DNA of 64,000 nt from Roseibacillus sp. (GCA_965242925.1 CBDEUM010000014.1:384001-448000); one strand, 5' to 3'. Shown: positions 1-14,598, counted from the stretch's first letter. Notes: generated by a model from the sequence alone, not told the origin. Numbers and translations: made by a program.

Positions 1-2786
1 GGGGCTGCCAGTTCCTCGTCGCCAAAAAGTGCTTCCTGCCCGCTCTCCCTGTCGCGCTGCGCTGCCCCGGCTGCGGCGCAGACTTCCTCCAGTCGGTCAC
101 ACATCCCGGCCCGTGTTTCGCGCGTCCAATCCATCGCCCCCGCCAGGACCAGGTTTTCCAGGATGCGCTTGTTGACCACCTTGGAGTCCTGCCGGTTGGC
201 AAAATCATCCATCGCCCGGAAGGCTCCATTCCCCTCACGCTCCGCGATCGCCTGCGCCATGGCCCCCTCCCCCACATTCTTGATGGCAGCCAGTCCATAG
301 CGGATGGCCATCTTGCCGCTGCGGATCTCCTCCGGAGCGAAGCGAAGCTGAGAACGGTTCACGTCGGGCGGCAGGATCTCGATATCCATGCGGTGACACT
401 CGGAAACGAAGACGCCAATCTTGTCCGTGTTGCTGAACTCGTTCGAGAGGAGCCCCGCCATGAACTCGACCGGAAAATTCGCCTTCAGGTAGGCCGTCCA
501 GTAGGAAATGTGTGCGTAGCAGGCCGAGTGCGACTTGTTGAACCCGTAGCCCGCAAAGCTCGCAATCTTGTCGAAGATCCGGTTGGCCAGGCTTTTGTCG
601 ATGTTGTTCTCAGACTTGCATCCCTCCACAAAGACCACGCGCTGTTTATCCATCTCGGACTGCTTCTTCTTCCCCATCGCGCGGCGCAGAATGTCGGCTC
701 CTCCCAGCGTGTAGCCGGCCAGAAGCTTGGCCGCATTCTGCACCTGCTCCTGGTAGATCATCACCCCGTAGGTGTCTCCGCACACCTGTTCAAGAAGCGG
801 ATGTTCATACTTCACCTCCTTGCGACCTTCCTTCACCTCGATCATCTCGTTGATGAACTGCATGGCGCCGGGACGGTAAAGCGCAAGAAGGTCGATGATG
901 TCGTCGATTCGCCGGATGCCGTAGCGTCGGCAGGTCTCTGTCATCCCGCCTGACTCAAGCTGGAAAACCCCCATCGTCTCTCCGCGATTGAGCAGGTCGA
1001 ACGTGGGTTGGTCATCGAGGGGAACCTTGTGAATCTCGAAGTCGGGATCCTGCCCCCGGATGAAATCCGTGGCCTCCTGGATCACCGTCAGGTTCTTGAG
1101 TCCGAGAAAGTCCATCTTGAGGAGTCCCACTTCCGTGATGGCCCCCATGTCATACTGGGTTACCACCTCCCCTTCGTTGCCCCGGCTGAGAGGAACGTGC
1201 TGATCCAGTGGACGGTCTCCGATCACCACTCCGGCGGCATGCACCCCGGTGTTGCGGGTCAGGCCTTCCAGCTTGATCGCGTAGTCCCATAGCTCACGAT
1301 AGGTACTACTGCTCTCGATGGTCTCCCGCAGTTCGGGCTTGTCCTCGAATTCCTCCTTCAGCTTCACCCCGGGACGGGCCTCGATCATCTTGGCAATCCG
1401 ATCGGCCTCCCCGTAGCTCACGCCCATCACCCTGGCCACGTCGCGAATCACACTCTTGGCCCCCATGCTGCCGTAGGTGATGATGTGCGAGACGCAGCGC
1501 TCTCCGTATTTTTGCCGCACATAGTCGATCACCTCCGGACGGCGGGTCTGACAGAAGTCGATATCGACATCGGGCGGGCTCACCCGCTCGGGATTGAGGA
1601 AGCGCTCGAACAGAAGTCCAAAGCGCTTCGGACAGATGTCCGTAATCCCGAGGGTATAGGCCACCAGCGAACCGGCCGCCGACCCCCGGCCCGGGCCCAC
1701 CGGGATGCCGTGCTCCTTGGCCCAGTTAATGAAGTCCGCCGTGATCAGAAAGTAGCTGTTGAAGCCCAGGTCGTTGATGGTCTTGATCTCGTATTCCAGG
1801 CGCTCCCGCAGTTCCTGGTCACTTTCCGCCCTCTCCTTCCCATAACGCTCCTCGAGACCCTCAAAGCACTGCTGGCGGATGTAGGCCTCCCGGCACATCC
1901 CTCCCGGCGCTTCAAAGTTGGGATACTTCTCCGAGCTGGTCGCATCCAGACTGAGCGTCACATTGCAGCGCTCTGCGATCTCAAGGGTGTTGTCGCAGGC
2001 TTCCGGGATATCCTGAAAAACCTCCCGCATCTCCTCCGCACTCTTGAAGTAGACCTCCGCCGGGTAGCGCATCCGTTTCTCATCAAAGACGAGCTTGCCC
2101 GTCCCGATGCAGATCATCACGTCGTGAGCCTCATGATCGTCCCGTGACAAAAAATGCACATCGTTGGCTGCCACCAGCCTGAGATCGAGCTCCCGGGCGA
2201 GTTTGATCAACTGGGGTTTGACCTCGTGCTGCGCTTCCAGGCCGTGGTCGTGAATCTCCACGTAGAGATTGTCGCGCCCGAAGATCTCGCGCAGCTCCTC
2301 CAGCATCTCACGCGCCTTGTCGGACTGCCGCTGCAGGAGCCATTCGTTGACCGGTCCGGCGATGCAGCCGCTCAGGCAGATAATCCCCTCGGCATGCGCT
2401 CGCAGCTCCTGCCGATCCACCCGCGGTTTTCCGTAATAGCTCCCCTCCAGGTGGCCCTTGGTGACGAGCTGGACGAGGTTTTCCCAGCCCGTATTGTTCT
2501 CGGCGAGGAGAGTGAGATGGGTGGCGCGCCGACGGCCGGGAATCTCCTGCCTGTGCTCCATGGACTCCGGGGCAAGATAGATTTCGCACCCCAGGATCGG
2601 TTTTACCCCCTTCTCGCGTACCGCCTCGTAGAATTCGATCGCACCATAGAGATTCCCATGGTCCGTCATTGCCACCGCCGGCATTCCCAACTCCGCCGCC
2701 CTTGCCGCGACCTCCTTGCAGCGCACCGCGCCATCCAGCGTCGAATACTCGGTGTGCAGGTGAAGGTGGACAAACGACCCGGTCAT
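1..2786 (-). CDS. dnaE: DNA polymerase III alpha subunit (3' end runs off the left edge; missing from the ORF track)
   Basis: Minus strand from the ATG at 2786 reads MTGSFVHLHLHTEYSTLDGAVR (PHP domain); later FERFLNPERVSPPDVDIDF, HAAGVVI, KMDFLGL and YGFNKSHS motifs. Confidence 0.97.
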   Translation of the reverse strand, partial: MTGSFVHLHLHTEYSTLDGAVRCKEVAARAAELGMPAVAMTDHGNLYGAIEFYEAVREKGVKPILGCEIYLAPESMEHRQEIPGRRRATHLTLLAENNTGWENLVQLVTKGHLEGSYYGKPRVDRQELRAHAEGIICLSGCIAGPVNEWLLQRQSDKAREMLEELREIFGRDNLYVEIHDHGLEAQHEVKPQLIKLARELDLRLVAANDVHFLSRDDHEAHDVMICIGTGKLVFDEKRMRYPAEVYFKSAEEMREVFQDIPEACDNTLEIAERCNVTLSLDATSSEKYPNFEAPGGMCREAYIRQQCFEGLEERYGKERAESDQELRERLEYEIKTINDLGFNSYFLITADFINWAKEHGIPVGPGRGSAAGSLVAYTLGITDICPKRFGLLFERFLNPERVSPPDVDIDFCQTRRPEVIDYVRQKYGERCVSHIITYGSMGAKSVIRDVARVMGVSYGEADRIAKMIEARPGVKLKEEFEDKPELRETIESSSTYRELWDYAIKLEGLTRNTGVHAAGVVIGDRPLDQHVPLSRGNEGEVVTQYDMGAITEVGLLKMDFLGLKNLTVIQEATDFIRGQDPDFEIHKVPLDDQPTFDLLNRGETMGVFQLESGGMTETCRRYGIRRIDDIIDLLALYRPGAMQFINEMIEVKEGRKEVKYEHPLLEQVCGDTYGVMIYQEQVQNAAKLLAGYTLGGADILRRAMGKKKQSEMDKQRVVFVEGCKSENNIDKSLANRIFDKIASFAGYGFNKSHSACYAHISYWTAYLKANFPVEFMAGLLSNEFSNTDKIGVFVSECHRMDIEILPPDVNRSQLRFAPEEIRSGKMAIRYGLAAIKNVGEGAMAQAIAEREGNGAFRAMDDFANRQDSKVVNKRILENLVLAGAMDWTRETRAGMCDRLEEVCAAAGAAQRDRESGQEALFGDEELAA

Positions 2787-3036
2787 ATCATGCGCTCTTT
2801 CTCCAGCATAGCTCCACCCCCGACCCTCGCAATTCCGAAGCGTCCCGCCGGCGAAGATTTCATTTTAGAATTTCGCAGGAGGGTTTGCTTGGAATCCTTG
2901 AAAGTCATGGCATCGGATCCCCCCGATTGCGTTTATCATTCTGAAGAGCCTGTGCTACCAATGCTCAGTAGATCGGAGTCGTTTCCTCCGTATTATTAGC
3001 TGGCCCTCGCGCCGGGCAACCTCACCATCAGCGATC

Positions 3037-3801
3037 ATGCAGACCTCCTTCTTCCGCTTCCTGGCCGTCCTCCTGCTCCTTGCCTGGATGGCCCCGCCCG
3101 CCCCTGCCGACGACAAGGAGGAGGACGCCACAGAGGAGAAAAAAGGGGAGGCCACGGAAGAGAAGAGCGATCCCGCGGAGTTCCGCACCTTCACCTCCGC
3201 CCGGGGCGACAAGACTCTCAAGCTGAAGGTCGTCGCCCGCATCGACGACGAGACCTACAAGGTCGAGAACCCCGAGGGAAAGGTCTTCAACATCAAGACC
3301 GCCAACCTCAGTCGCTCCGACCAGCGATTCCTCGATTTCTGGGAGCCCGATGCCATCTTGAACCTCAAGACCGCCAAGCTGCCCAACGTTCTCGACCAGA
3401 TGGGATACAGCACCCTCGATCTCACAGTGGTGGAAAGCACCTTCTTCGTCAATGTGACTGTTGATGGGAAAAGCGGCAAATTCCTGCTCGATCCCAGCCG
3501 CGGCTGGTCCACTTTCGACCCTGCCGCTGCCAAGGATATCGGCATGACCCTCGGCGAGGGCCGCATCAACTTCACCGACAACACGGGGAAAACCAGCCGC
3601 TCCAAGCGTGGCGCAGTGAAAGAGTTCAAAGCTGGTCAGGTTACCGTCACGGCCCACGAGTTCGAGGTCATCGAAGTGGCCAAGATGTTCCGCGCTGTTC
3701 CGGCTAACACCATCGGCGCGATCGGAGGAGACCTCCTCAAGCGCCTCAACGCCCTGGTCGACTTCGGGGGCAAGCGTCTCTTCGTGAGGAAGGATCAGTA
3801 G
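3037..3801 (+). CDS. Secreted protein: SHD1-like domain plus retropepsin-like (aspartyl protease fold) domain with a degenerate active site
   Basis: Signal peptide; FRTFTSARG...NLSRSDQRFL (SHD1-like); VTVDGKSGKFLLDPS...GAIGGDLLKRLNALVDF resembles retropepsins but has DPS instead of DTG/DSG. Confidence 0.65.
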   Translation: MQTSFFRFLAVLLLLAWMAPPAPADDKEEDATEEKKGEATEEKSDPAEFRTFTSARGDKTLKLKVVARIDDETYKVENPEGKVFNIKTANLSRSDQRFLDFWEPDAILNLKTAKLPNVLDQMGYSTLDLTVVESTFFVNVTVDGKSGKFLLDPSRGWSTFDPAAAKDIGMTLGEGRINFTDNTGKTSRSKRGAVKEFKAGQVTVTAHEFEVIEVAKMFRAVPANTIGAIGGDLLKRLNALVDFGGKRLFVRKDQ

Positions 3802-3985
3802 CTCGGGGGACCGCCTGCACCTGCCCCCCGGGTCACCATTCCCACGAGGCGGCCGCGCTGCGGTGTAACCGGCGGGCATGAAGGCACGTCGAACAAAGCA
3901 GCGGCCTTCCCAGTCCCACCCTGCGAGACGTTGCTCGCCTGAAGCGCCCTCCAAACCGCCTCCTGCACTCTTTTCCCGGTCCCCG

Positions 3986-7466
<3,481 letters not shown>

Positions 7467-7506
7467 CCACGGCTCCCCCCACTTCTGAACCGGTATTCTT
7501 CTGAGG

Positions 7507-7537
7507 GCCGGGCCTGCGTTCTGCGGGCCCGGCTTTT
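7507..7537 (+). terminator. Intrinsic terminator after glnB
   Basis: GCCGGGCCTGC/GCGGGCCCGGC stem followed by TTTT. Confidence 0.7.
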
Positions 7538-8040
7538 GCTTCGCTCCAGTCCAGGTTTCCCTCTCCTTCCCGCCGGGGGGAGCGGCGAACCCGATCGAGG
7601 CCCCCTTGGGCCTGAATCACCGAGTGGAGATTAATTCGCCCCTCGTGTTCAGGGTCGGAGGCTTTTTCCCCGTTTGCCTCGATCGTGATACCGGCTGGCT
7701 GCCCGGGCGCTGGCGATCAGGCCGGCAAAGGCGGCCGTGGCCAGAACGGGCCGCAGGACCCGGCTCAAGGAAGACCGGTCGTAGCGTTCATTTTCGTTTC
7801 AGGGTCAGTGGTTGTAATTCACGTCCGCGCCTCAGGCGGTCTTCTCTCTTTCAATCGGAGCGCCTGCTCCCGGTTTCCAGAATAGCGAAAGAAAGTCCCC
7901 ATTTGAGTTCCCTTGGAAAAGGGAACTCTTCCTGTTGGTCCTCGCCATGATAGAAGAATCCCTTTCGCTCCCTGGAATTCTTTTAGCCCTCTTTGACAAT
8001 CAGATTACAAAGAAATCATCAGCTCCCGGTTCACACAGGC

Positions 8041-9282
8041 ATGAAAATCATGAATATATCAATCCCCCTCAGCATCGTTCTGCTCACCACGCCCCTCCTG
8101 GGACAGCAAGTTCCCTTCGCGGCCAGGGCCAACAACGGATTTGGCCTCGATCTCTACCGTGAGATGGCGGCCAGGGAAGGCAATCTCTGTCTCTCCCCGT
8201 TCTCCATCGTGACTGCTCTTGGCATGACAGGCAACGGGGCCGCGGGTGACACGCTCACCGAGATGGAAAAGGCCCTCCATTGCCCGGGAAAATTGTCTCA
8301 ACTCAGCGCTTCCCTGTCCATTCTCCTCGAGGACTTCGGGAAACGGAAGGAACAGGCCGCGGCCTTGGCCGGAAAAACCCCGGCCAGAAAGAATGGAGAA
8401 CCTTCCTTTGACCTCACGGTCACAAACTCCCTCTTTGGACAGAAGGGCTATCCGTTCCGGAAGGAATTCCTCACCACCTTGGAAAAGCTCTACCGGGCTC
8501 CCCTCCAGTTCGCTGACTTCAGGAACGATGCTGCAAGGGAGAGAGCAAGGATCAACCAATGGGTCTCCGACCGGACAAACGATAAGATCCAGGAGCTCCT
8601 GCCGGAAGGATCGCTGGACAGTTCGACCGGTCTCGTCCTGGTCAACGCCCTCTACTTCAGGGCCGGATGGCGTTATGCCTTCCCGAAATCCGCCACCACC
8701 CCCGCTCTCTTCCACCTCGCCCCGGGCAGGGCCATCGAAACGCCAACCATGCACACCACCAAAAGGTTCGGATATTCCAAGGAAGACGGTTACACCGCAG
8801 TCAGCCTGCCCTACTCGCAGAACTTTGCCATGCTCGCCCTCCTTCCCGACGAGATTGACGGCTTGCCTGCTCTTGAGAAGACCCTAAGCGCCGAGAAGCT
8901 AACCGCTCTCAGCCGCCTGCCCTCGCGCATGGTCGCCCTTCATCTTCCGAAATTCCGGATCGAGGGTGCCCCCGTTGCGCTCAAGAATCCGCTCCGCAAA
9001 CTCGGCATGAACCTGGCCTTCACACGAGGCGCCAACTTCAGCCTGATGACTTCTGATCCCCGCGGACTCTCCATTGACGATATCTATCATAAGACCTTCA
9101 TCGCAGTAGACGAAAAGGGAACCGAGGCGGCCGCCGCTACCGCGGTCGTCATGACATTCCGCTCCCTGCCCCGTCCCGAAAAGCCCGTCGAGGTCCGTCT
9201 CGACCGACCCTTCCTCTACGCCATCGTGGACACCCGCACCCAGACCGCCCTGTTCCTCGGGCGGATTGTGGACCCTCGTTGA
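8041..9282 (+). CDS. Serpin (serine protease inhibitor), secreted
   Basis: NLCLSPFSI, LVLVNALYF, hinge EKGTEAAAAT, LDRPFLYAI...LFLGRI; N-terminal signal. Confidence 0.95.
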   Translation: MKIMNISIPLSIVLLTTPLLGQQVPFAARANNGFGLDLYREMAAREGNLCLSPFSIVTALGMTGNGAAGDTLTEMEKALHCPGKLSQLSASLSILLEDFGKRKEQAAALAGKTPARKNGEPSFDLTVTNSLFGQKGYPFRKEFLTTLEKLYRAPLQFADFRNDAARERARINQWVSDRTNDKIQELLPEGSLDSSTGLVLVNALYFRAGWRYAFPKSATTPALFHLAPGRAIETPTMHTTKRFGYSKEDGYTAVSLPYSQNFAMLALLPDEIDGLPALEKTLSAEKLTALSRLPSRMVALHLPKFRIEGAPVALKNPLRKLGMNLAFTRGANFSLMTSDPRGLSIDDIYHKTFIAVDEKGTEAAAATAVVMTFRSLPRPEKPVEVRLDRPFLYAIVDTRTQTALFLGRIVDPR

Positions 9283-9300
9283 ATCAAAAGCGGAGGCCCC

Positions 9301-10875
9301 TCACGGCACAATCACCACCCGGTCCCCGGGTTTGGTGATCTTCCAGAGCTCGGAGGCATTGCCACGAGGCACCCGGAGACAGCCGTGGGACGCCGGATAG
9401 TCCGGGCAGTAGCCTTCGTGAAATCCGATCGCACCGCAACTGAGTCGCTGGAAATAGGGCATCCGGATGCCCTTGTAGATGTTGGAGACATGATGACGGT
9501 TCTTGTTGGTGATAACAAACTCTCCCACCTCGGTGCGGTAGCCCTTCCTGCCGGTGGACACTCTCGTGGAAAACAATTCCTTGTTGTCCTTGTCGTAAAC
9601 CCAGGCCTTCTGCTCGGAAAGATCCACCTTGAGCCAGCGTTCCTCGTTCCCTGGGTCCACTCCCAGCAGCAGTTGCATCATCTTCACGTCATTACGGCGG
9701 GAAGCGAACCCAATCGGGTAGTAGGACTTGCCACTGGTCCAGATAAAGCGCTTGGCCCCATGCTCCATGAGAAGCTTGGCCAGTTCCAGGTTGCCGCAGT
9801 CCGCGGCCGCCATCAGGGGCGTCACCCGCGAATCGTATTTCAGGTGAGTCTTGAGATACCCCACCGGACGTACCCGCGCGAGGAAGTCGCCGGTTGCCGG
9901 ACGGGAGAAGGATGCATTTGGATCCGCCCCCGCTTCGAGGAGAAGCCTGCACAGATCCAACCGATTCATGGCCACCGCAAGATGCAGCGCACTCTGCCCC
10001 TCCCGTCCGCGCCTGCCCAGCCCTGCCGCCTGCATGGATCTTGATTGAAGAAGGTGCTCCACGAGTTCGACCTGCCCCTCACGCACCGCCGCCACCAGGA
10101 CAGGATCCTTCGACCCGGGCTCAGACCGAACTCCCTCTCCCACAAGAAAGCGGAAGACCTCGCGATCTCCTTCCACCACCGCATTGTAGAGCGCCGCCCC
10201 GGCCTTGCCTCCATGCCGCAGGAGAACCCCGGTTCGCTCAAAGTCGCGGGCCGCCAGCAGAACCTGAACCGCCGTCCGACCGTCGGGCCCTCTCTGGTTG
10301 GGATCGGCCCCGCCCTTGATGAGGAGTTCGAGCTCAGCGGGGGATGATTCCAGGGCCAGGGCGAGATCGAGGGACGTCCGTTCGCCCGCCCCCTTCACCC
10401 GGGGGTCCGCCCCGTGCGCCAACAAGATCTTCATCGCCCCCAGGTCGCCACGCTGCAGGGCCAGTTGCAGGGGATTCCAGCCACTGCCATGCCTCTCGGT
10501 GGGTGAGCCTCCTGCCGCCAGAAGTTTGGAAAGGATCTCGCTCCGGCCCTCCAAAATGGCTACGTGCAGGGCCGACTCACTTCGTCTCACGCGGGCAGGC
10601 CGATACAGCCATCCGCCGTGCAGGGACAACATCAGGGAGCGTGGCTCATTTTCCTCGTTGCTCCTGAGATTCGTTCCGGTCTGCAGGAGCAGGGAGCGGA
10701 TTTCCTCCGCTCCACCCCGCACCGCCTCCAGGAGGGTGGGAGACGCGACCGGAATGGCCTTCCGCGAGGAGCCGGATCCCGTGGACGTTCCCTCATCACG
10801 CCCAATACCGGGCAGGAAGGCCGTCGTGGAGACGGCCAGGACACATAAGACCAGATTGAGGGCCGCTTGACGCAT
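9301..10875 (-). CDS. Ankyrin-repeat protein with a C-terminal L,D-transpeptidase (YkuD) domain
   Basis: Repeated GxT/SxLHxA ankyrin motifs; C-terminal VDLSEQ...STGR...HEG...ASHGCLR. Confidence 0.9.
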   Translation of the reverse strand: MRQAALNLVLCVLAVSTTAFLPGIGRDEGTSTGSGSSRKAIPVASPTLLEAVRGGAEEIRSLLLQTGTNLRSNEENEPRSLMLSLHGGWLYRPARVRRSESALHVAILEGRSEILSKLLAAGGSPTERHGSGWNPLQLALQRGDLGAMKILLAHGADPRVKGAGERTSLDLALALESSPAELELLIKGGADPNQRGPDGRTAVQVLLAARDFERTGVLLRHGGKAGAALYNAVVEGDREVFRFLVGEGVRSEPGSKDPVLVAAVREGQVELVEHLLQSRSMQAAGLGRRGREGQSALHLAVAMNRLDLCRLLLEAGADPNASFSRPATGDFLARVRPVGYLKTHLKYDSRVTPLMAAADCGNLELAKLLMEHGAKRFIWTSGKSYYPIGFASRRNDVKMMQLLLGVDPGNEERWLKVDLSEQKAWVYDKDNKELFSTRVSTGRKGYRTEVGEFVITNKNRHHVSNIYKGIRMPYFQRLSCGAIGFHEGYCPDYPASHGCLRVPRGNASELWKITKPGDRVVIVP

Positions 10876-11040
10876 TTAATTTACCCGGACGGGAGAAAGC
10901 CGTGCCTATCCTAAACCCTCGTTCCGCTCCCTGGCAACATCCCGCCTTTTCATTAACTTACCCTGGAAGGCAGGGCAGGTTTCATAAGACCCATAGACCA
11001 TGCCCAGGTCGCCCTCCAGTAACTCCCGGCGACACAACCG

Positions 11041-12273
11041 CTACCCAAGCACCTTCGCGACACGGGCGCAGACCTCCTCCACATTCTCCCGCGAGTTAAA
11101 GGCGGAAATTCGGAAGTAGCCCTCGCCCGCAGCCCCGAAACCAGCCCCCGGAGTCACCACCACCTGGGCGTCCTGTAGCATCCTGTCAAACATCCCCCAG
11201 CTGTCCATGCCCTCCGGACACCGCACCCAGACGTAAGGTGAGTGCTCTCCTCCGTACACTGCCAGGCCGCACTTCTCGCAGGCCTCCTTCAGTAACGCGG
11301 CGTTTCCCATGTAATGCTCCACCAGCTTCCTGATCTGGGTTTTGCCCTCCACTGAGAAAAGAGCCTCCGCTGCCCGCTGGATTGGGTAGCTCACCCCGTT
11401 GAACTTGGTCGAGTGCCGACGTGCCCACAATCCGTGCAACGTCACCCGCTCTCCATCTGCAGTCGAACCGGTGAGCTCCTTCGGGATCACGATGAAGGCG
11501 CAACGGGTCCCGGTAAACCCACCATTTTTGGAGAAGGAACGGAATTCGATCGCGCACTCGCGCGCTCCCTCGATCTCGTAAATCGAGCGCGGCAACCCGG
11601 CGTCCTGGATGTAGGCCTCGTAAGCCGCGTCATAAAGAATGACGGCATCGTTCGCGCGCGCATAGTCGACCCACTTCTGCAGCTGCTCCCCGGTCGCCAC
11701 CGTCCCCGTCGGGTTATTAGGATAGCACAGGTAGATGAGATCCACCTTTTCCTCCGGAAGGGCAGGGGTAAAATCATTCTCAGCCGTGCAGGGCAGGTAG
11801 ACCAGCCCTGCAAACTGTCCCCTTTCGTCGCCCTCCCCAGTGTTGCCTGCCATCACATTGGTATCCACGTAAACCGGGTAGACCGGATCGGTAATCGCAA
11901 TCTTCTGCCCACCTCCGAAGATATCGAGGATGTTGCCCGTGTCACATTTTGAGCCGTCCGAGACGAAAATCTCATCCGCATCAACTCCCAATCCTGCATA
12001 CGCATTCTCTGCCACGGCCTTCCGCAGGAACTCGTAGCCCTGCTCCGGCCCATATCCACGGAAGCTCTCCCGTTGACCCAGCTCATCCACCGCCTGCTTC
12101 ATGGCAGTGCGCGCCGCCAGAGGCAGCGGTTCGGTCACATCCCCGATTCCACAACGAATCAGACGCGTGGCCTTCTCCGGCTCCGCGTCCGAAAAGGCGT
12201 TCACCCGCCGGGCGATCTCCGGGAAGAGATAACCCGCCTTAAGTTTCAGAAAGTTTTCGTTGATTCGAGCCAT
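11041..12273 (-). CDS. dapL: LL-diaminopimelate aminotransferase
   Basis: [49 protein letters not shown]. Confidence 0.96.
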   Translation of the reverse strand: MARINENFLKLKAGYLFPEIARRVNAFSDAEPEKATRLIRCGIGDVTEPLPLAARTAMKQAVDELGQRESFRGYGPEQGYEFLRKAVAENAYAGLGVDADEIFVSDGSKCDTGNILDIFGGGQKIAITDPVYPVYVDTNVMAGNTGEGDERGQFAGLVYLPCTAENDFTPALPEEKVDLIYLCYPNNPTGTVATGEQLQKWVDYARANDAVILYDAAYEAYIQDAGLPRSIYEIEGARECAIEFRSFSKNGGFTGTRCAFIVIPKELTGSTADGERVTLHGLWARRHSTKFNGVSYPIQRAAEALFSVEGKTQIRKLVEHYMGNAALLKEACEKCGLAVYGGEHSPYVWVRCPEGMDSWGMFDRMLQDAQVVVTPGAGFGAAGEGYFRISAFNSRENVEEVCARVAKVLG

Positions 12274-12352
12274 GGCGGGCACCCTGTAGCGGGCTTCCCG
12301 CCAACTCGCAAGCGTTGGAGTTCCATCTCCACGTTTAACAGGGGAAAGCCAG

Positions 12353-12376
12353 CAGCCGGACCCGCAGGTCCGGCTG
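12353..12376 (-). terminator. Hairpin downstream of sod, probable terminator
   Basis: CAGCCGGACC-CGCA-GGTCCGGCTG perfect 10-bp inverted repeat; weak U-tract. Confidence 0.45.
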
Positions 12377-12405
12377 AGTCAAAACGGCTACCCCGGGAGC
12401 GGAGG

Positions 12406-13035
12406 CTATTCCGCAACCTTCTGCAAACTGGCCGCCACCGTGTCCCAGTTGATGATGTTGAAGAAGGCTGCCACGTAGTCGGGCCTGCGATTCTGGTAGT
12501 TCAGGTAGTAGGCGTGCTCCCAGACATCGAGCCCCAGAATGGGCGCACCGCAGCCGCAGCCGGAGATTTCGCCCATCATCGGGTTGTCCTGGTTGGCGGT
12601 CGAACACACACTGAGCTTCCCGCCTTTATCCGCGCAAAGCCAGGCCCACCCCGATCCGAACCGGGTCATGGCCGCCTTGGTAAAGGCCTCCTTGAACCCG
12701 TCCAGGGATCCGAAAGCGGCGTTGATCCCGTCCGCCACTTCACTCCCCGGCTCACTGGCGCCACCCGGCTTGATGCAGTTCCAGAAGTAGCTGTGATTGA
12801 AATGACCTCCCCCGTTGTTGCGCACCGCACCCCGGATGCCCTCCGGAACATCTCCCACCTGCATCACCAGCTCACAGATGGACTTGTCGGCAAAATCCGT
12901 TCCTTCAATTGCGGCGTTCAGATTAGTGACGTAGGCGTTGTGGTGTTTGCTGTGATGGATCTCCATCGTCCGCGCATCGATATGCGGTTCGAGTGCATCG
13001 TAAGCGTATCCAAGATCAGGAAGTTCGTAAGCCAT
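12406..13035 (-). CDS. sodA: Fe/Mn superoxide dismutase (Mn-type signatures)
   Basis: [46 protein letters not shown]. Confidence 0.93.
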   Translation of the reverse strand: MAYELPDLGYAYDALEPHIDARTMEIHHSKHHNAYVTNLNAAIEGTDFADKSICELVMQVGDVPEGIRGAVRNNGGGHFNHSYFWNCIKPGGASEPGSEVADGINAAFGSLDGFKEAFTKAAMTRFGSGWAWLCADKGGKLSVCSTANQDNPMMGEISGCGCGAPILGLDVWEHAYYLNYQNRRPDYVAAFFNIINWDTVAASLQKVAE

Positions 13036-13166
13036 AGGAATAGTGTGTGGATAGATGTTAATATGTTTGCTTTGCGTGTTTGCGAGAGTTGCGGCTATAA
13101 GCAAGGGTTGGCAACTGCTTCCGTAGGAAACCAGCTTCAACCCAATCTGCAAGGGTAACCTTCACT

Positions 13167-14585
13167 ATGGACCTCGATCCTTGGCTCCCTCATCTCGTCG
13201 CTACCGCGGGCACTGCGATCGGTGCGGCCCTCGCCTGGTTCCTGTGCCGTAGCAAAGCGCACACCGTATGCGCGCGCTACGAGGAACGGGACAGGGCTGC
13301 CCGGAAATCCGTGGCCGACCTGGAAGCCGGTTGTGCCAACCTTGAGGCGGAATTACGCCAACTCCGTCACAGCGAGGCGGTGGCCCTCAAGCGTCAGTCT
13401 GAACTCGAGCTCCTGGCCCAGACACAGCAACGCGGTCTGGTTGAAAAACAACAGCTTCTCAAGGACGCCGAAACCCGGATGGCGCAGAACTTCAAGGCCA
13501 TGTCACTCGAGACCCTTCGCGACACCCAGCGCGAGTTCATCAAGTATGCTCACGACGCTCTCGATTCTCGACAGAAGGAAGCCACCAGTGAACTGGAGCA
13601 CCGCCGCATGGCGGTGGAAACCCTCGTCAAGCCGGTAGCCACCACCCTGAACAAGGTGGAGAGCCGCATCGAAGATCTCGAGCGGGCCCGGCGTGAAACA
13701 GAAACAGCTCTCGGCGAACACGTGCGCAAGATGACCAGCGCCCAGCTCAGTCTCCAGAAGGAAACCGCCCAGCTGGTCAAGGCCCTGCGCCAGCCTTCCG
13801 GACGCGGACGCTGGGGCGAACTCCAACTCCAGCGCGTAGTGGAACTCTCCGGCATGCAGAACTACTGCGACTTCTATACGCCCACCGAAGCGGAGCAGTC
13901 CGGTGCCGACGGCCTGCAACGTCCCAACCTCGTGGTAAATCTGCCGGGCAACCGGATCATTGCGGTGGACGCCCACGCCTCCCTTGAAGCCTATCTTGCC
14001 GCGGTGGAATCCACGGACGAGGAAACGCATCAGCGGGAAATGCGGCGGCATGCCGCCCTGGTCTCCCGACACCTCGACGCCCTCACCACGCCGCGCTACG
14101 CCGCCCAATTTAACGCGAAACCGGAATTCACCGTCCTCTTCCTGCCCGGCGAGGGCTTCCTCACCGCCGCCCTTGGCGAAGAACCGGATCTCCTCGAACG
14201 TGGAATCGAGCGGGGTATCATTCTGGCTACTCCCAGCACCCTCATTGCGCTCCTGCGTTCCGCCGCGGTGGGGTGGCGTCAGGAAGGTATCGCCGAAAAG
14301 GCGCGCACTGTCTCCGCGGCCGGACGTGAACTCTACGGCCACGTCAACCATCTGGCCAAGCACATCGTCAAGATCGGCCGGTCACTGGACGGCACCGTAC
14401 GGGACTACAACGCCGCCCTCGGCACGCTCGAGCAGGGGGTTCTTTCCAGCACGCGCAAGCTCAGCAACCTCGGCATTCCGGCCCACCCCTCCAAACTGCC
14501 TGCCGTCTCCCGCGCCAGGGTAACGGAGGAGGTGCTGACCCCGTCGACGGACGAGGAAAGCGAAAGCGTCAACGCCCCGGTGTGA
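13167..14585 (+). CDS. rmuC: DNA recombination protein RmuC family
   Basis: N-terminal TM plus coiled coil, RGRWGELQLQRVVELSGM, FLPGE, ATPSTLIALLR. Confidence 0.9.
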   Translation: MDLDPWLPHLVATAGTAIGAALAWFLCRSKAHTVCARYEERDRAARKSVADLEAGCANLEAELRQLRHSEAVALKRQSELELLAQTQQRGLVEKQQLLKDAETRMAQNFKAMSLETLRDTQREFIKYAHDALDSRQKEATSELEHRRMAVETLVKPVATTLNKVESRIEDLERARRETETALGEHVRKMTSAQLSLQKETAQLVKALRQPSGRGRWGELQLQRVVELSGMQNYCDFYTPTEAEQSGADGLQRPNLVVNLPGNRIIAVDAHASLEAYLAAVESTDEETHQREMRRHAALVSRHLDALTTPRYAAQFNAKPEFTVLFLPGEGFLTAALGEEPDLLERGIERGIILATPSTLIALLRSAAVGWRQEGIAEKARTVSAAGRELYGHVNHLAKHIVKIGRSLDGTVRDYNAALGTLEQGVLSSTRKLSNLGIPAHPSKLPAVSRARVTEEVLTPSTDEESESVNAPV

Positions 14586-14598
14586 CCGCGCCACGGGG

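Noticed and set aside
393..2999. Long plus-strand ORFs (186, 220 and 281 aa)
   Set aside because: Antisense shadows of dnaE, which is common in high-GC DNA.
7590..7800. Signal-peptide-like minus-strand fragment (RVLRPVLATAAFAGLIASARA)
   Set aside because: Short, bounded by stops, with only a TTG start and no recognisable domain; cannot be supported as a gene.
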